Shown one piece after another: positions 1 to 12,175 of a stretch of 64,000 bases of DNA. Origin of the DNA: Mobula hypostoma (lineage: Eukaryota); contig NC_086108.1 in NCBI RefSeq assembly GCF_963921235.1, positions 31,994,001-32,058,000 of the forward strand. Direction: 5' to 3'. The notes under the pieces were generated by a model. It had not been told where the DNA came from and searched no databases. It was given only the letters and a program-made list of their open reading frames with translations. The translations under genes and the position numbers were made by a program. The first letter of the stretch is position 1. The number at the start of each line of letters is the position of its first letter.

Positions 1-1054
1 TTGAATTGTATCTCATTAACCTGTTAAAGGTCAACTGGTCATTCTGTACACACACTGCAACTGATCACTCTAAATCTACTGGAAGGAAGGGACAACTTCC
101 TCACCTTTCTACATTGGTTCTGATTTCAACCGGGACATGACAGCAGATGCTGTCAAACTGTGATCTCAGCCCTGCACTTGGGAAGCCCATGGCCAAGGTG
201 GGATAGTGTGCTCAGTGGCTTGTCACTCTCATTTTCTGTATTTCCTGCACTTTTGATGGTCAATGTTTTATCCACTTGCTCTGTTCAGCACATTTTGGTT
301 TGAACCATGCTCCGTGTCACAACTTCGATATTCCAAAGTTACTGATTATCACAAACTCCCAACTCCTGCAGGCCCTTAGAGAACACAATCCTTCAGATTC
401 ATGACGAAGGTTAGGACCATAGGAAGTGATTGTAGATGAGGTCTACTACAGCTTAAGTGCTGGATTTCAACCTTCTTCATTGGGTCGTTGATACACAAAT
501 AGCACAGGGAGGTGATTATGGGCAGCTTCATTTCCATAAACTTTCTCCCTACCTGCATGGGGTGCCCTCAAGAGAATCTCAGCACAATCGTATTGGTCCT
601 CAACAAAATATCAATGACTTCTCCAGTGCCGATTTGCAAGCTCTCTTCCTCTGCTGCCTGCCATTCCTGCTCCTCCATTCCCCACTACTAACCCCTGTTC
701 AAGGGTGCCAAGCAAAGGCTGTGGTCACCTGACGGAAGTACTAGAAATGGCAGCGTGGAGCAACGTGTGTGCGACACCCCTTGGCATAGGAATGTCATCT
801 CTGGAACTAGGGTGGCATTCCCCACACGGTTTCACGGTACCACTATGGGAATTATTAGAATAGAACTCTGTTGGAGCCGGTGATGGAAGAGATAGTCATA
901 ATTCCCTGAAGCCCAGCTCCTCTGTGCTGAGTAGTGGTTGAAAGATGGCAGGTGACAGTCTGCTTGAGAAAACAGTCCTTGCATTTCATCGAGAGTAGTG
1001 AGTTGTGAAGTGGCTCTCGAAACATCATGGATCTTCAGGAAGCAATCTATGCAC

Positions 1055-1540
1055 TCTTTTCCAATATTTTTATTAATTTATATATATAAGAATACAGAGT
1101 ACAGGAAAAATATGTCAATACATTAAACTAAATCGCATATAAAGACTCCTTACCCTATATTCGTACAAATCAATTAGTTCGTAACATTGAAAAATAATAA
1201 TTTTTTATATAAAAAAAGCTAACCCACTACCAAGACCGAAGATGATTAATAGAAAAAAAGAAAAAAGATTATTAGTCATCTGTGCTTTAACAGTAAATCA
1301 AAGGTTTTGAAAATAATTCAGAAAGGGTCCCCACAATGTTTGAAAGTCTTGATTAGATTCAAAGATTGAACATTGAATCTTCTCTAAATTTAAACATGAC
1401 ATCACATCACGTAACCATTGGGCGTGAATAGGAGGGGCCACATCTTTCCATTTAAGCAAAAGCGTTCTTCTGGCCATAAGAGACATATAAGCCAAAATGT
1501 GCACATCAGATGGCTCCATATACACTCTCACATGATTCCC
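1055..1540 (-). mobile_element. L1-clade LINE 3' fragment (ORF2 C-terminus plus 3' UTR)
   Basis: ORF 1298..1555 contains ARRTLLLKWK..PP...WL.DV...L.LEK...F..LW.PFL, typical of fish L1 ORF2 ends; AATAAA near 1070. Confidence 0.75.
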
Positions 1541-2013
1541 TTGGCTCAGGGACATGCAAAGGGTACCAGTGGGTACAGAGTGTCAATAGGTGAAGACTGT
1601 CAATGGCTAGAGATTATCAATGACCTCCTGAATACCGTGGAGTGAAGTAAATGGAAAATTAGCATTGATTTGCCTTCATGGCCTGGAATGACTTGTGGTA
1701 AGGACTTCTCTCTTGTGCAGCTCTCCAGCCATAGTTGTATGGCTGCAGCTCTGACTACAGGTAACAAACCTCTGCTATTGATACCCTAAAATCCTCACTT
1801 TCCAGACAGGCTACTCTATGGAGGTAATAGCACAGCTCCCAATACACATACTTATTTATTATGGATTAGAATTAAGCCACTTAACCCATTGGGTCTATGT
1901 CAGCTTCCAACAGAGAAATCTCACCAGTCCTATTCCGTTTTATTTTTCTATATTTTTCCTCACACGTGCCCACAAACAATCCTTCGATTCTTTTGCCACT
2001 TCCCTAAATTGAG

Positions 2014-2675
2014 AGGAGAAGATGGCGACACGACGCAGCAGCCACTCCAGTGATGATATCTGTTATCTGTCAAGTAGGGTGCCGTGCACAATCCTGATTT
2101 GATGGAGACAGACGTGAGAACTTGGAGGAACATCTGGTGAAACTTCTGAAATGCCTGTTTCGCTGCTGCTGCTACTGCGTGATCCAGAATCTCCGGAGGG
2201 GAAGGCCCTGAGTCCTCGGCTTTGCTTGTTGCTCAGCGGCCGGGGCGGGGTCGAAGCGCTCGGCAGAGATGGTGCTCGGTGTCAGAGGGCTGGTCGGAGG
2301 CTCAAAGTTTTCAGACAGACTCAGAGTCGGCTGTGGTCATGTGCTTCCAGGGTGCTGCATCGGCAAGTTTGCGGTGCTGGAGGTTCATGGCAGGGAGAGT
2401 TTCTCCCTTCTACCGTCTGCGTGAGATGATGGGACTTTTGAGAGACTTTGAAACTTTTTTTTATAGTGCCCATGGTCTGCTCTTTATCAAATTACGGTAT
2501 TGCTTTGCACTGTTGTAACTATATGTTATAATTATGTGGTTTTTGTCAGTTTTAGTCTTGGTCTGTCCTGTGCTTCTGTGATATCATACTGGAGGAACAT
2601 TGTATCACTTCTTAATGCATGCATTACTAAATGACAATAAACGAGGACTGAGTGTCCTCATAATCTAATCTAATC
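2014..2675 (+). mobile_element. Non-autonomous LINE-derived retroelement (no ORF), inserted in a minus-strand SINE
   Basis: Starts gagaagatggcg, ends aataaa...(ctaat)n tail; an inverted copy of the same tail is at ~38860-38915; SINE-like sequence flanks both sides (~1845-2012 and ~2676-2840). Confidence 0.65.
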
Positions 2676-3945
2676 TAAATGATGGGGCAATTTACAGCAG
2701 TCAGTGAATCTTCCAGCATTTTTTTGGGATGTGGGAGGAAATTGGAACATCCAGGCACATCATAACGGGAAGTGCATTCAAACTCAACAAAGACTGCATC
2801 CAGGATCAGAACCAGGTCACTCAGTGATGCCGCTAATCCCTTGGGGGGATAGAGTCTGTAGACATGACATTCTTTTCCTCCCTCAGGGCGTCCAGGTACA
2901 TTTGCCCTTGAGTCTGTCCTGCAGTTCTCCCTTGTGCACCACACCCAGTGGAGGAGATAACATTCAAAAACACTAGTGCACCTCACTGTTGTACACAGTC
3001 GCAATCACATGAACAAACAAACTGCAGAAAGAACTCAGCTGGTCAGACAGCATCTGTGGATGAAAATCAACAGTCGACATATCAGGTTGTGACCCTTCAT
3101 CTTGAAAGGTAGAGGGGAGGTAGCCAATATAAAGAGTGAGGAACTAGAGCGAGGCCTAGCAAGTGATGGGTAGATAACAGGAGAGCAGCGAAGATCACAG
3201 AAGCAGACCAGTGAGAGACTTCCATCAGAGTGTAGGAACACTGTGAAGTGGGCATACCTTGGAGGAAATCAGCGGGTCAGGCAGCATCTACAAGTAGGCA
3301 GCCCCCTGAGTGTTCTGCAGTGGACTGGGGAAGTGGCTGTCAATCATAAGTGCAAAGAAATACTTCCCCGTGAACAGTAAACTTCTTTGTTCAAGCAAAT
3401 CAAAAAATGACCTAAGGTCACGCTGCCAATTTCATGACATAATGCTCTAACCAACTGCATTACACAACTACAACCATATCATGAGAAATGACCAGTAGAA
3501 TTTATTGCAAAGAAGAATTCACAAACGTTATCTGTGATTGTGCTTGTTCCCTCCAAATCAAATCAATTTTTCTTCATAGTATTATGTGATCCAACATGTC
3601 AGTTTATGATTGAATTTCTTGGCAAAGAGCTTAAAATCTTTTAATCATGGAAGGTAATACCATCTTTATCCAAAGAGGTAGTTCTACAAGATAATTAAAG
3701 GGTAAGCCTGTAATCAAGGATTCATGAAATTTCAATTACAGATTGCACTAGTATACAAATACTTAATTTTTTAAATACTTAAGAAAAAATTCAATATTGG
3801 AAGTGCTTACCAGGTCCAGCAACATTTGTCGAGAAAAATGTTGCTCGTATTTTGGGACGACGATACTTCATGTTAACACAGTCTGGTTTACCAACAAGTG
3901 TATTTCTGTGAATCTAGCATATTAATAGGTGATTTGAGTTCAAGA

Positions 3946-6653
3946 TACATCCCCTAGGACATTTTCATGTTTTGTTGTTTTACAATGTTGAATCACAGTG
4001 GATTTAATTTGGCTTTTTTGACACTGATCAACAGAAAAAAAGACTCTTTTGTGTCAAAGTGAAGGCAGATCTCTACAAAGTGATCTAAATTAATTACAAA
4101 TATGAAACACAAAATAATTGATTGCATAAGTATTCATCCCCTTTAATATGACACACCAAATCATCACTGGTGCAACCAATTTGTTTTAGAAGTCAAATAT
4201 TTAGTTAAATGGAGATCTGTTTTTGGAGACCTGTGCAGTCAAGGTGTTTCAATTGACTGTAGTAAAAATACACCGGTATCTGGAAGGTCCAACTGCTGGT
4301 GAGTCACTACCCTGGCAAAAACTACACCATGAAGACAAAAGAACGCTCCAAGCTACTGCATAAAAAGGTTATTAAAAGCACAAGTCAGGAGATGGATACA
4401 AGAAAATTTCCAAGTCACTGAATATCCCCTGGAGTACAGTTAAGATAATCATCAAGAAATTGAAAGAATATGGCACAGCTGTAAATCTGCCTCAACCAGG
4501 CCGTCCTCAAAAACTGAGTGACCGTGCAAGAAGGGAACTAGGGAGGAAGGCCACCAGGAGACTTATGACAACTCTGGAGGAGTTCCAATCTTCAGTGGCT
4601 GAGATGGGAGAGACTGCACAAACAGCAACTGTTGCCCGGGTGCTTCACCAGCTGCAGCTTTATGCAGGAGTGGCAGAGGAAACCACTGTTGAAAAAAAAT
4701 CACATGAAATTTCAGCTAAAGCATGCCAGAAAGCATGTGGGAGACTCTGAAGTCAACTGGAAGAAGATTCTATAGTCAATTTGACTATCGCCACAATAGG
4801 TCAATGGCAGATGCAATCTCAATGGCTTTCCACATGGCCTTAGACCACCTGGACAATACATACACCTGTGTCAGGATGCTGTTCATCGACTATAGCTCAG
4901 CATTTAACACCATCACCCCACAATCCTGATTGAGAATTTACAAAACCTGAACCTCTGTACCTCCCTCTGCAATCGGATCCCTGACTTCCTAATTGGAAGA
5001 CAACAATCTGTGTGGATTGCTGATAATATCTCCTCCACGCTGACGATCAACACTGGCGCACCTCAGGGGTATGTGCTTAGCCCAGTGGTCTACTCTCTCT
5101 ATACCCATGACTGTGTGGCTAGGCATACTTCAAACACCATCTATAAATTTGCTGATGATATAACCATTGTTGGTAGAATCTCAGATGGAGAGAGTGAGCA
5201 GTTTCAAGTTCCTGGGTGTCAAGATCTCTGAGGACCTAACCTGGTCTCAACATATCAGTGCAACTACAAAGAAGGCAAGACAGTGTCTATACTTCATTAG
5301 GAGTTTGAAGGGATTTGGTATGTCTATAAAAGCACTCGGTATAGATGTACCGTGGAGAGCATTCTGACAAGTCACATCACTGTCTGGTATGGGGGGGGGG
5401 AGGGGTTACTGCACAGGACCAAAAGAAGCTGCAGAGGGTCATAAATTTAGTCAGCTCCATCTTGGGTACTAGCCTACAAAGTACCCAGGACATCCTCAAG
5501 GGGCGGTGTCTCAGAAAGGCAGCGTCCATTATTTAGGACCCCCAGGACTCAGGGCATGCCCTTTTCTCACTGTTACCATCAGGTAGGAGGTACAGAAGCC
5601 TGAAGTCACACACTCAGCGATTCAGGAACAGCTTCTTCCCCTCTACCATCTGATTCCTAACTGGACATTGATCCCATGAACACTACCTCACTTTTTTAAT
5701 ATATATTATTTCTGTTATTAAACAATTTTCCCTATTCATTATACATATACTGTTATTTATTTATTTATTTGTTTATTTTTCTCTTCTATATTATATATTG
5801 CATCGAACTGTTGCTGCTAAGTTAACAAATTTCATGACACATGCCAGTGATAATAAACCTGGTTCTGATTCTGATTAAACCAAAATTGAACATTTTGGCC
5901 ATCAGACTAAATGCTACATTTGGCATAAGCCGAACACCACACATCATCAAAAACACACCATCCCTATCATGAATCATGGTGTTGGCTGCATCATGCTGTG
6001 GGGTTGCTTCACTGCAGCAGGCCCTGGAAGGCTTGTGAAGGTAGAGGGTAAAATGAATGCAGCAAAATACAGGGAAATCCTGGAGGAAAACCTGATGCAG
6101 TCTCCCAAAGATATGCAACTTGGGAAAAGATTTGTTTTCCAGCAAGACCCCAAGCATAAAGGCAAGGCTACACAGGAATGGCTTAAAACAACAAAGTTAA
6201 TGTCCTGGAGTGACCAAGTCAGAGTCCAGACCTCAATCAAATTGAGAGTTTGTGGCTGGACTTGAAAAGGACTCTTTACTCACGATCTCCATGCAACCTG
6301 ACAGAGCTTGAGCAGTTTTGTAAAGAAAAATGGAAAAAAATTGCAGTGTCCAGACGTGCAAAGCTGATAGAGATCTATCCACACAGACTCAAGGCTGTAA
6401 TTGATGCCAAAGGTACATCTACTCAATACTGACTTGAAAAGGGTGAATACTTATGCAATCAATTATTTTCTGTTTTAAATTTGTAATTAATTTAGGTGAC
6501 TTTGTGGAGATCTGTTTTCACTTTGACAAGAAAATGTCTTTTTCTGTTGATCAGTATCAAAAAAAAAGCCAAATTAAATCCATTGTGATTCAATGTTGTA
6601 AACAATAAAACATGAAAAGGTCAGAAGGGGGTAAATACTTTTTATAAGCACTG
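3946..6653 (+). mobile_element. Decayed Tc1-family DNA transposon with ~200-bp inverted repeats, interrupted by a LINE
   Basis: Transposase remnants from ATG 4329 (MKTKE.S, GRPQKLS, HGVGCIMLWGCF, FQQDPKH, SPDLNQIESLW, KGTSTQY* at 6432); IRs at ~3951-4142 and ~6437-6653; right end ...gcactg|TA; left tip eroded. Confidence 0.92.
4778..5874 (+). mobile_element. 5'-truncated Rex1/Babar-type LINE nested in the Tc1
   Basis: RT motifs [29 protein letters not shown]; tail aataaacctggttctgattctgat. Confidence 0.9.
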
Positions 6654-7829
6654 TATGACTGGGTTCTGACAAGGTTGATTGAAAGAAGTTATTATCATTG
6701 GTTGAAGTTTAAAATTAAAGCCAGGTGATTCTGGAGTGAAGTTGGGAAATGCTTGCATAGAAGGTGGTCGAAACTTGGATCTCTTTCTTGAAGCTGCAAT
6801 TGATGCTCTGCCAGTTTCTAATTTTAAATTCTGAGATTGATAGATTTTTTTCAAACCAAAGGTAATAAGGATGTGGGAAAGAGGCACATATATGAATTAG
6901 GTCTGAGAATAGCCAAGATCTTACTGAATGGTGGAGGAGCTAAATTGCTTTTTCAAATTCCTATACTTGGGAACATATTTGGCTAGTGTATTCAATGTCA
7001 ACAGAGCCAAGAGCAGGTTTGAACTCTTCTGGTGTGGTGCCAATCCATCCATTATTTCAAAATGAGCTCACCCTCTTTTAAAATAAGAGGTACTTGTTTT
7101 TGCTTTTTTGCTGATTCTGAAAGTGAAGAATGACCTCAATATAAATTCAATGCAAGTTGAAGACAGTTGGCACACCTCTGAAGAAAACTTACTTTTTGAT
7201 TTTAATTCAAAAGACTCATTTTAATTCCTAAGTTTTCTGTTAACCTTATATTAAATTCTTATATATTTGTGTTGATTAATATACCCTTAAAAGCATTGAA
7301 ACAAAAGAATAGTTGGATATTTGCCATAGTATCTCTCTATATATAATTAAACTTTGTGGTAGTCTCTAAAACTCTACAATGGCATTGGTACGTTTCTAAA
7401 TAGACATATAGATTCATATTTTAATTATTAACTATGAACTACTTTCATACACCTTGCTTAGTGTGATGGTGAAAAGAGCAAAGCATTCTTTATTTCTCAT
7501 TTTTTAAACAGTGACACACACATTTATAAATGTCATTGTTACACAGACTTCTGTTTCCATATTGTGCAATCCAGGTTAAATCAATAATACGCACTCAGTC
7601 CAACTAATCTAAAATGTTATAGGCATAGGTTAAAAACTGGTCTTCCTTCAACTACTCTAAATAATTGCTCTCCAATTTTCATTTTTGAAGACAAATGGAC
7701 AATAGATGATCTTGCTACACTTACTAATGGTGACTGGGTTCAGCTGAACTAATTCAAGTACCTTGTTCACAATCTCCATACCCGCATGACTTGTCAAATG
7801 TTAAAATAACAGATGCTATATCCAGACCA

Positions 7830-8069
7830 AATTTCGCCATGGACTGTCCCATACCCGGCTGCAAAAGGAAGAAGGTTAGGCATGGGGTAGCAACCAAATT
7901 CTGTAAAATTCCATTGCTACAGAAACATCAGCAGAAGCTCCAGAGACCTCATCCCTGGGACGGAAAGGATCTTTGAAGATGGGCTATACCCAGGAACAAT
8001 TTGAAAGACTCTGGCGAGCTGCTGTTGACAGCCTGTGCCCCTGTGGGGGCGATGAGCTTAGGAGAAGAG
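7830..8069 (+). mobile_element. Short RTE-derived non-autonomous retroelement
   Basis: 12-bp TSD atatccagacca at 7818-7829 and 8070-8081; RTE-5'-like motif ggttaggcatggggtagcaacc...ctgtaaaa; GA-rich tail. Confidence 0.75.
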
Positions 8070-8553
8070 ATATCCAGACCACCTTGAATTACTCTTGTGC
8101 ATGAGGACAATGGCTAATTCTGGAAAAGAAGGATCCTATCCATGGATATGGGCTCTTCAATGGAATGTATTTTGGAGCAGTTGACAGACATATATGTTAA
8201 GTAGATTTAAGTTTTCTCTGCACTTACAGTACATTACATGTATTATGCTTCTACAGTCACTCTAGGATATATGTCTGGCATTATGCTAGTTTGAGTTGGT
8301 AGGTAATGAAGAACCAAAAGCTTGCAGCAATTAAACTACAACAGAGTGAAGCCTAATATGCTGTCAAATGTTCACAGGGAGCAGTCAGGTTTCTGGCTCC
8401 TTTTCTTCATAGATGCAAGAAAGAGAAAGACATTCTTCATTGTCCATGATTATTGACATTCAGTTTCACTGACTTCATTGTAACTCAATGTTCTGAGAAC
8501 AACTGATAAGCTTGCATTTGTTTACTACTAGTGATTGAAATGAAATTCTCTAG

Positions 8554-8633
8554 CAAAGTGGGTTCCAACCTTTATTATTCCATGGACAATACCATTAGCA
8601 AGGGGGTCTGTGGACCCCAGGTTAGGAACCTCT
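8554..8633. mobile_element. Tiny hAT (Charlie-type) MITE
   Basis: Degenerate TIRs (gggttccaacc ... ggttaggaacctctg), ctctag on both flanks; similar to the element at 22273-22322. Confidence 0.55.
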
Positions 8634-8842
8634 GCTCTAGAATGGGTAGGTAGAAAACCAGCCTTGCAAAGCTGCACATATTTTAGATTGTAACAGATGT
8701 TCTCACCAGCTTGATCATTATCTGCATGGGCATAATCTTTAAGAGTATGTGCCAGTCATGGGGAATATAACTCATTGTCAATGAATATTACATTATGCTG
8801 CACAGAAGCATGTCAATAGGGCCAATTAATCAGAGCTGATAT

Positions 8843-9800
8843 CACTGGACTACAAGGATTTTACTTCCTGAATACCTTTTGGAGTATCTTATGGATTTTG
8901 GGCTGTTGAATATGAAAATCACCATGAAATTTCCCTATCATGCACAATTTTGTTGAGATCGCTGATAGTTGTTATTTCAATTTCATAATTCGATTCAATT
9001 AAAATGTTGCCCACAATGTAAGCTGGGAAGTTTTCTATCTTGTCCAGGCATGCGTGGGCATGTTTAGGCAGGGTGGATGCTGCTTGGCAGGACAGGTTTT
9101 AGAAAACCAGGACACGGAGTTTGGAGGAGGCAAATGAAGATGCCATGATGCACCAGCTTGACACTGAAACTGATACAGTTTTTGAACCCTTTATGTCAAG
9201 TGAGCCTCGTCTGATAACTCAATCTGAGTTAAATGACCTGGTCAGAGACTTGGGTTTGTCAAACACAAAAGCAGAATTACCGGGTTCAAGACTGCAAGGA
9301 TGGAATCTGTTGTCACTGGGCACAAAAATTTCCGTGAAGGATTTCAATATTTGAGACAAATGTTTTTGATAATAAGTGATACCGAGATTAAGGACAGCAT
9401 TTTTGTTGGTCCACAAATCAAAAAGTTATCAGTGACAGGCAATTCAAAAACTTATAGTGGGACCAGAGAAAATCACATTAAGGCATCCAAGGATGTTGTT
9501 GAAAATGTTCTTGGCAACTGCAGAGCACCAAACTACGTGCAGCTAGTTGACAACAACAATCATAAAGCGCAACATGTTACTAAAGATTCATTTTCTGCAT
9601 TCCCATTTAGACTTCTTCCCTGCAAATCTTGGCACTGTCAGTGATGAGCATGGTGAAAGGTTTCACCAGGACATTGTGGTCATGGAGAAATGGTATCAGG
9701 GCAACTGGAATCCATTAATGCTGGCTGATTTTTGTTGAGTACAAACAAAAATCATCAACAAAACATTTTTCACTTAGTTGAACTATTGCAAAGTGTCAGC
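8843..9800 (+). mobile_element. Chapaev3-type (CMC superfamily) DNA transposon, internally deleted and decayed
   Basis: CACTG start at 8843; ORF fragments LITQSELNDLVRDLGLS...SRLQGWNLL and LKIHFLHSHLDFFPANLGTVSDEHGERFHQDI..MEKWYQGNWNPLMLADFC. Confidence 0.8.
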
Positions 9801-11539
9801 ACTGTTATGCAACTTTGGCCCGCCATGTCTCCATCAACTATCAAGTATCCATCTACACTGATCCCATTTACCAGCAGTGGGTCAGTAGCTTTTCATCCCT
9901 TGGCAATTCAAGTGCTCATCCAGACACGTCTGAAAAGATTTGAGGACCTCTGTCTCCATCATTCCTTCAGGTGGTGTGTTGCAGATTCCAAAAACCTCCG
10001 TACTACCAGGAAGTTTCCTATTATCAAACTTAATTGTTCACCTCATAGCTTTGCAGATCAGAATTTCCTTCAGACTTCCCCACTTCTAGGAAGAGAAACC
10101 CAGCCTATCCAGTCTCACCTTACAACTGAAATCTAGGCAATCTGTGGCCATGTGAAAAATTTTTATGCCTATCAGGTAACAACAAAAATCAAAATTTCCA
10201 AGACAAATGCACATTACAGTATAGAATAGAGTTGGATTTATTGCCAGCATAAAATTAACATTATATACATGAAAAATAGTGCAATAGATGAGGCAAAACG
10301 TCAGAAATACAAATACAATATAAACATGAATACTGAGTTAAATTAGTGTCTTTATAAAGTTGGTCTTCCAGGAACTGCAGGAGGAGGCCGCCTAAACATT
10401 AAGAGAGAGAATATAGATGTAAGTCCTGGATGAAAATACATACTACACAACAAAGTGAAAGCAAACAAGATTAATGTGATCAGCCAAATGCTAATATGAG
10501 TATTAGGATAACTAAACATTAAATTTGCATGTTCTTATTTGCACTGTGCGCAACCAGGTAGGAAAAGACGCCAACACGAAATCGTGTAAAAGAATTCAAA
10601 GTATATAGCACGGATTCATCATTTTGTTCATGACATTATGGTCTGGCAACATGTCCAGAGAAACAAAATCAACGTCTCCAGTCGATCTTTCACCAAGGGG
10701 AAAAAATATCTAATAGACGTTAAACAACAATGAAAGCCAAGCAAAAGGGGACAGTGGGTGATGTTGGTGGGGTAAAGATGTCCACAACAACAGGGAAGGT
10801 AGGAATGTTTAAGTAATGAAGGAGGTGATACAGCAAGGCAAAACAAGGTGGTAATGGGACAGGAAATAAATAGATCCAGCTGCAGCTGGAATGAGCCTTC
10901 AGAATGCCACCGTACTGATGGAGGAGGTTGATCTATTGAGTGTTAAGGCTGATGGTTATGAAAATGGGGGGGGGGGGAATTATCATGGTTTGAAAGGGAA
11001 TGGAAAGAGTAAGGACACATTTAAGAATATATTTACCATTGAGGAAGAGAGTCTTCAACTGAGGAGAAAAGGAAGCTGTATCACAACTACCAGAATGAAA
11101 AGAGGGATTTATGGAAAATAACACCCAGAGGATCGAATTCAGCCTGAGAGGAAGCAGAGCAGGAGGATGTGCCATCAGAACAGTTGTGGCAACTAATGAA
11201 CATATGAGATATTGGTGGATAACCTACTCCATAAATGGAAACAGAAGAAAATTAAATTGGTGCTAGGTCAAAGGAGAGAACAATAGTCTAGAAGGAAAAT
11301 CAATTCCAACTTTCCACTGAGGGAAGAGCATAATCATCTCTATTCTTTGATCAGTACTTGCTTGAAAACAGTTACTTCATTATTCCAGTTCTAATTCTAA
11401 TCCACCTGAAAAGTAAATTCTTTCTCTGTACAGCTGATCCGTAAACTGCGATTTCCAGAATTAATTGTTTTTGGGCTTTGATAAAATATACTTTGATGTG
11501 TTTGTTTTGTTATTTGTGAACTATTTCAGTAATGCTTGT

Positions 11540-12175
11540 GAAAAAAAGGAAGGCAAATGAAACATTAGCATTCATTTTGAAATGACTAGAGAATATGATG
11601 TAATGTTGAAACTTTATAAGGCATTGGTTTGACTACATTTGGAGTATTGTGAACAGTTTTGGGCCCCACTTCTAAGTAAAAATATGTTGGCATTGGTGAG
11701 GGTGCAGAGGTGGTTTAGGAAAATGATCATGGAAATGAAAGGGTTAATGAATAGAATTGTTTGATGATTCCAGGCCTGTACGCGATGGCAATTAGAAGAA
11801 TGAGGGGGGAGCTCAGTGAAACCTACAAAATATTGAAGGGCTTAGATCGAATGGATGTGGAGAGTTTGTTTCAAATAGTGGGACAGTCCAGTATCAGAGG
11901 GCACAGTTTTAGAATAAAAAGATGTCCATTTAGAACAGAGATGAGGAAGAATTTCTTTAGCCAATGGGTGGTGAATCTGTGGAATTCATTCCCACAAGTG
12001 GCTGTGGAGGCCAATTCATTGGAAATATTTAAATCAAAGTTGATAAGTTCTTGATTAGTAAGGGCGCCAAAGGTTACAGGAAGAAAGCAGCAAATGGGGT
12101 TGAGTAGAAAAATAAATCAGCCATGACCGAATGGTGGAGAAGACCTGATGGTTTGAATGGCCTAATTATGCTCTC
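11540..12175 (+). mobile_element. CR1-clade (HER1-like) LINE 3' fragment
   Basis: ORF 11761..12054 (RGELSETYKILKG, RGHSFRI, RKNFFSQWVVNLWNS); tail cagccatgaccgaatggtgga...gaatggcct. An opposite-strand CR1 tail follows at ~12215-12550. Confidence 0.85.

Noticed and set aside
100..1030. GC-richer segment with short ORFs, possibly an old retroelement continuing at 1540-1840
   Set aside because: No diagnostic motif recognised, so left unannotated.
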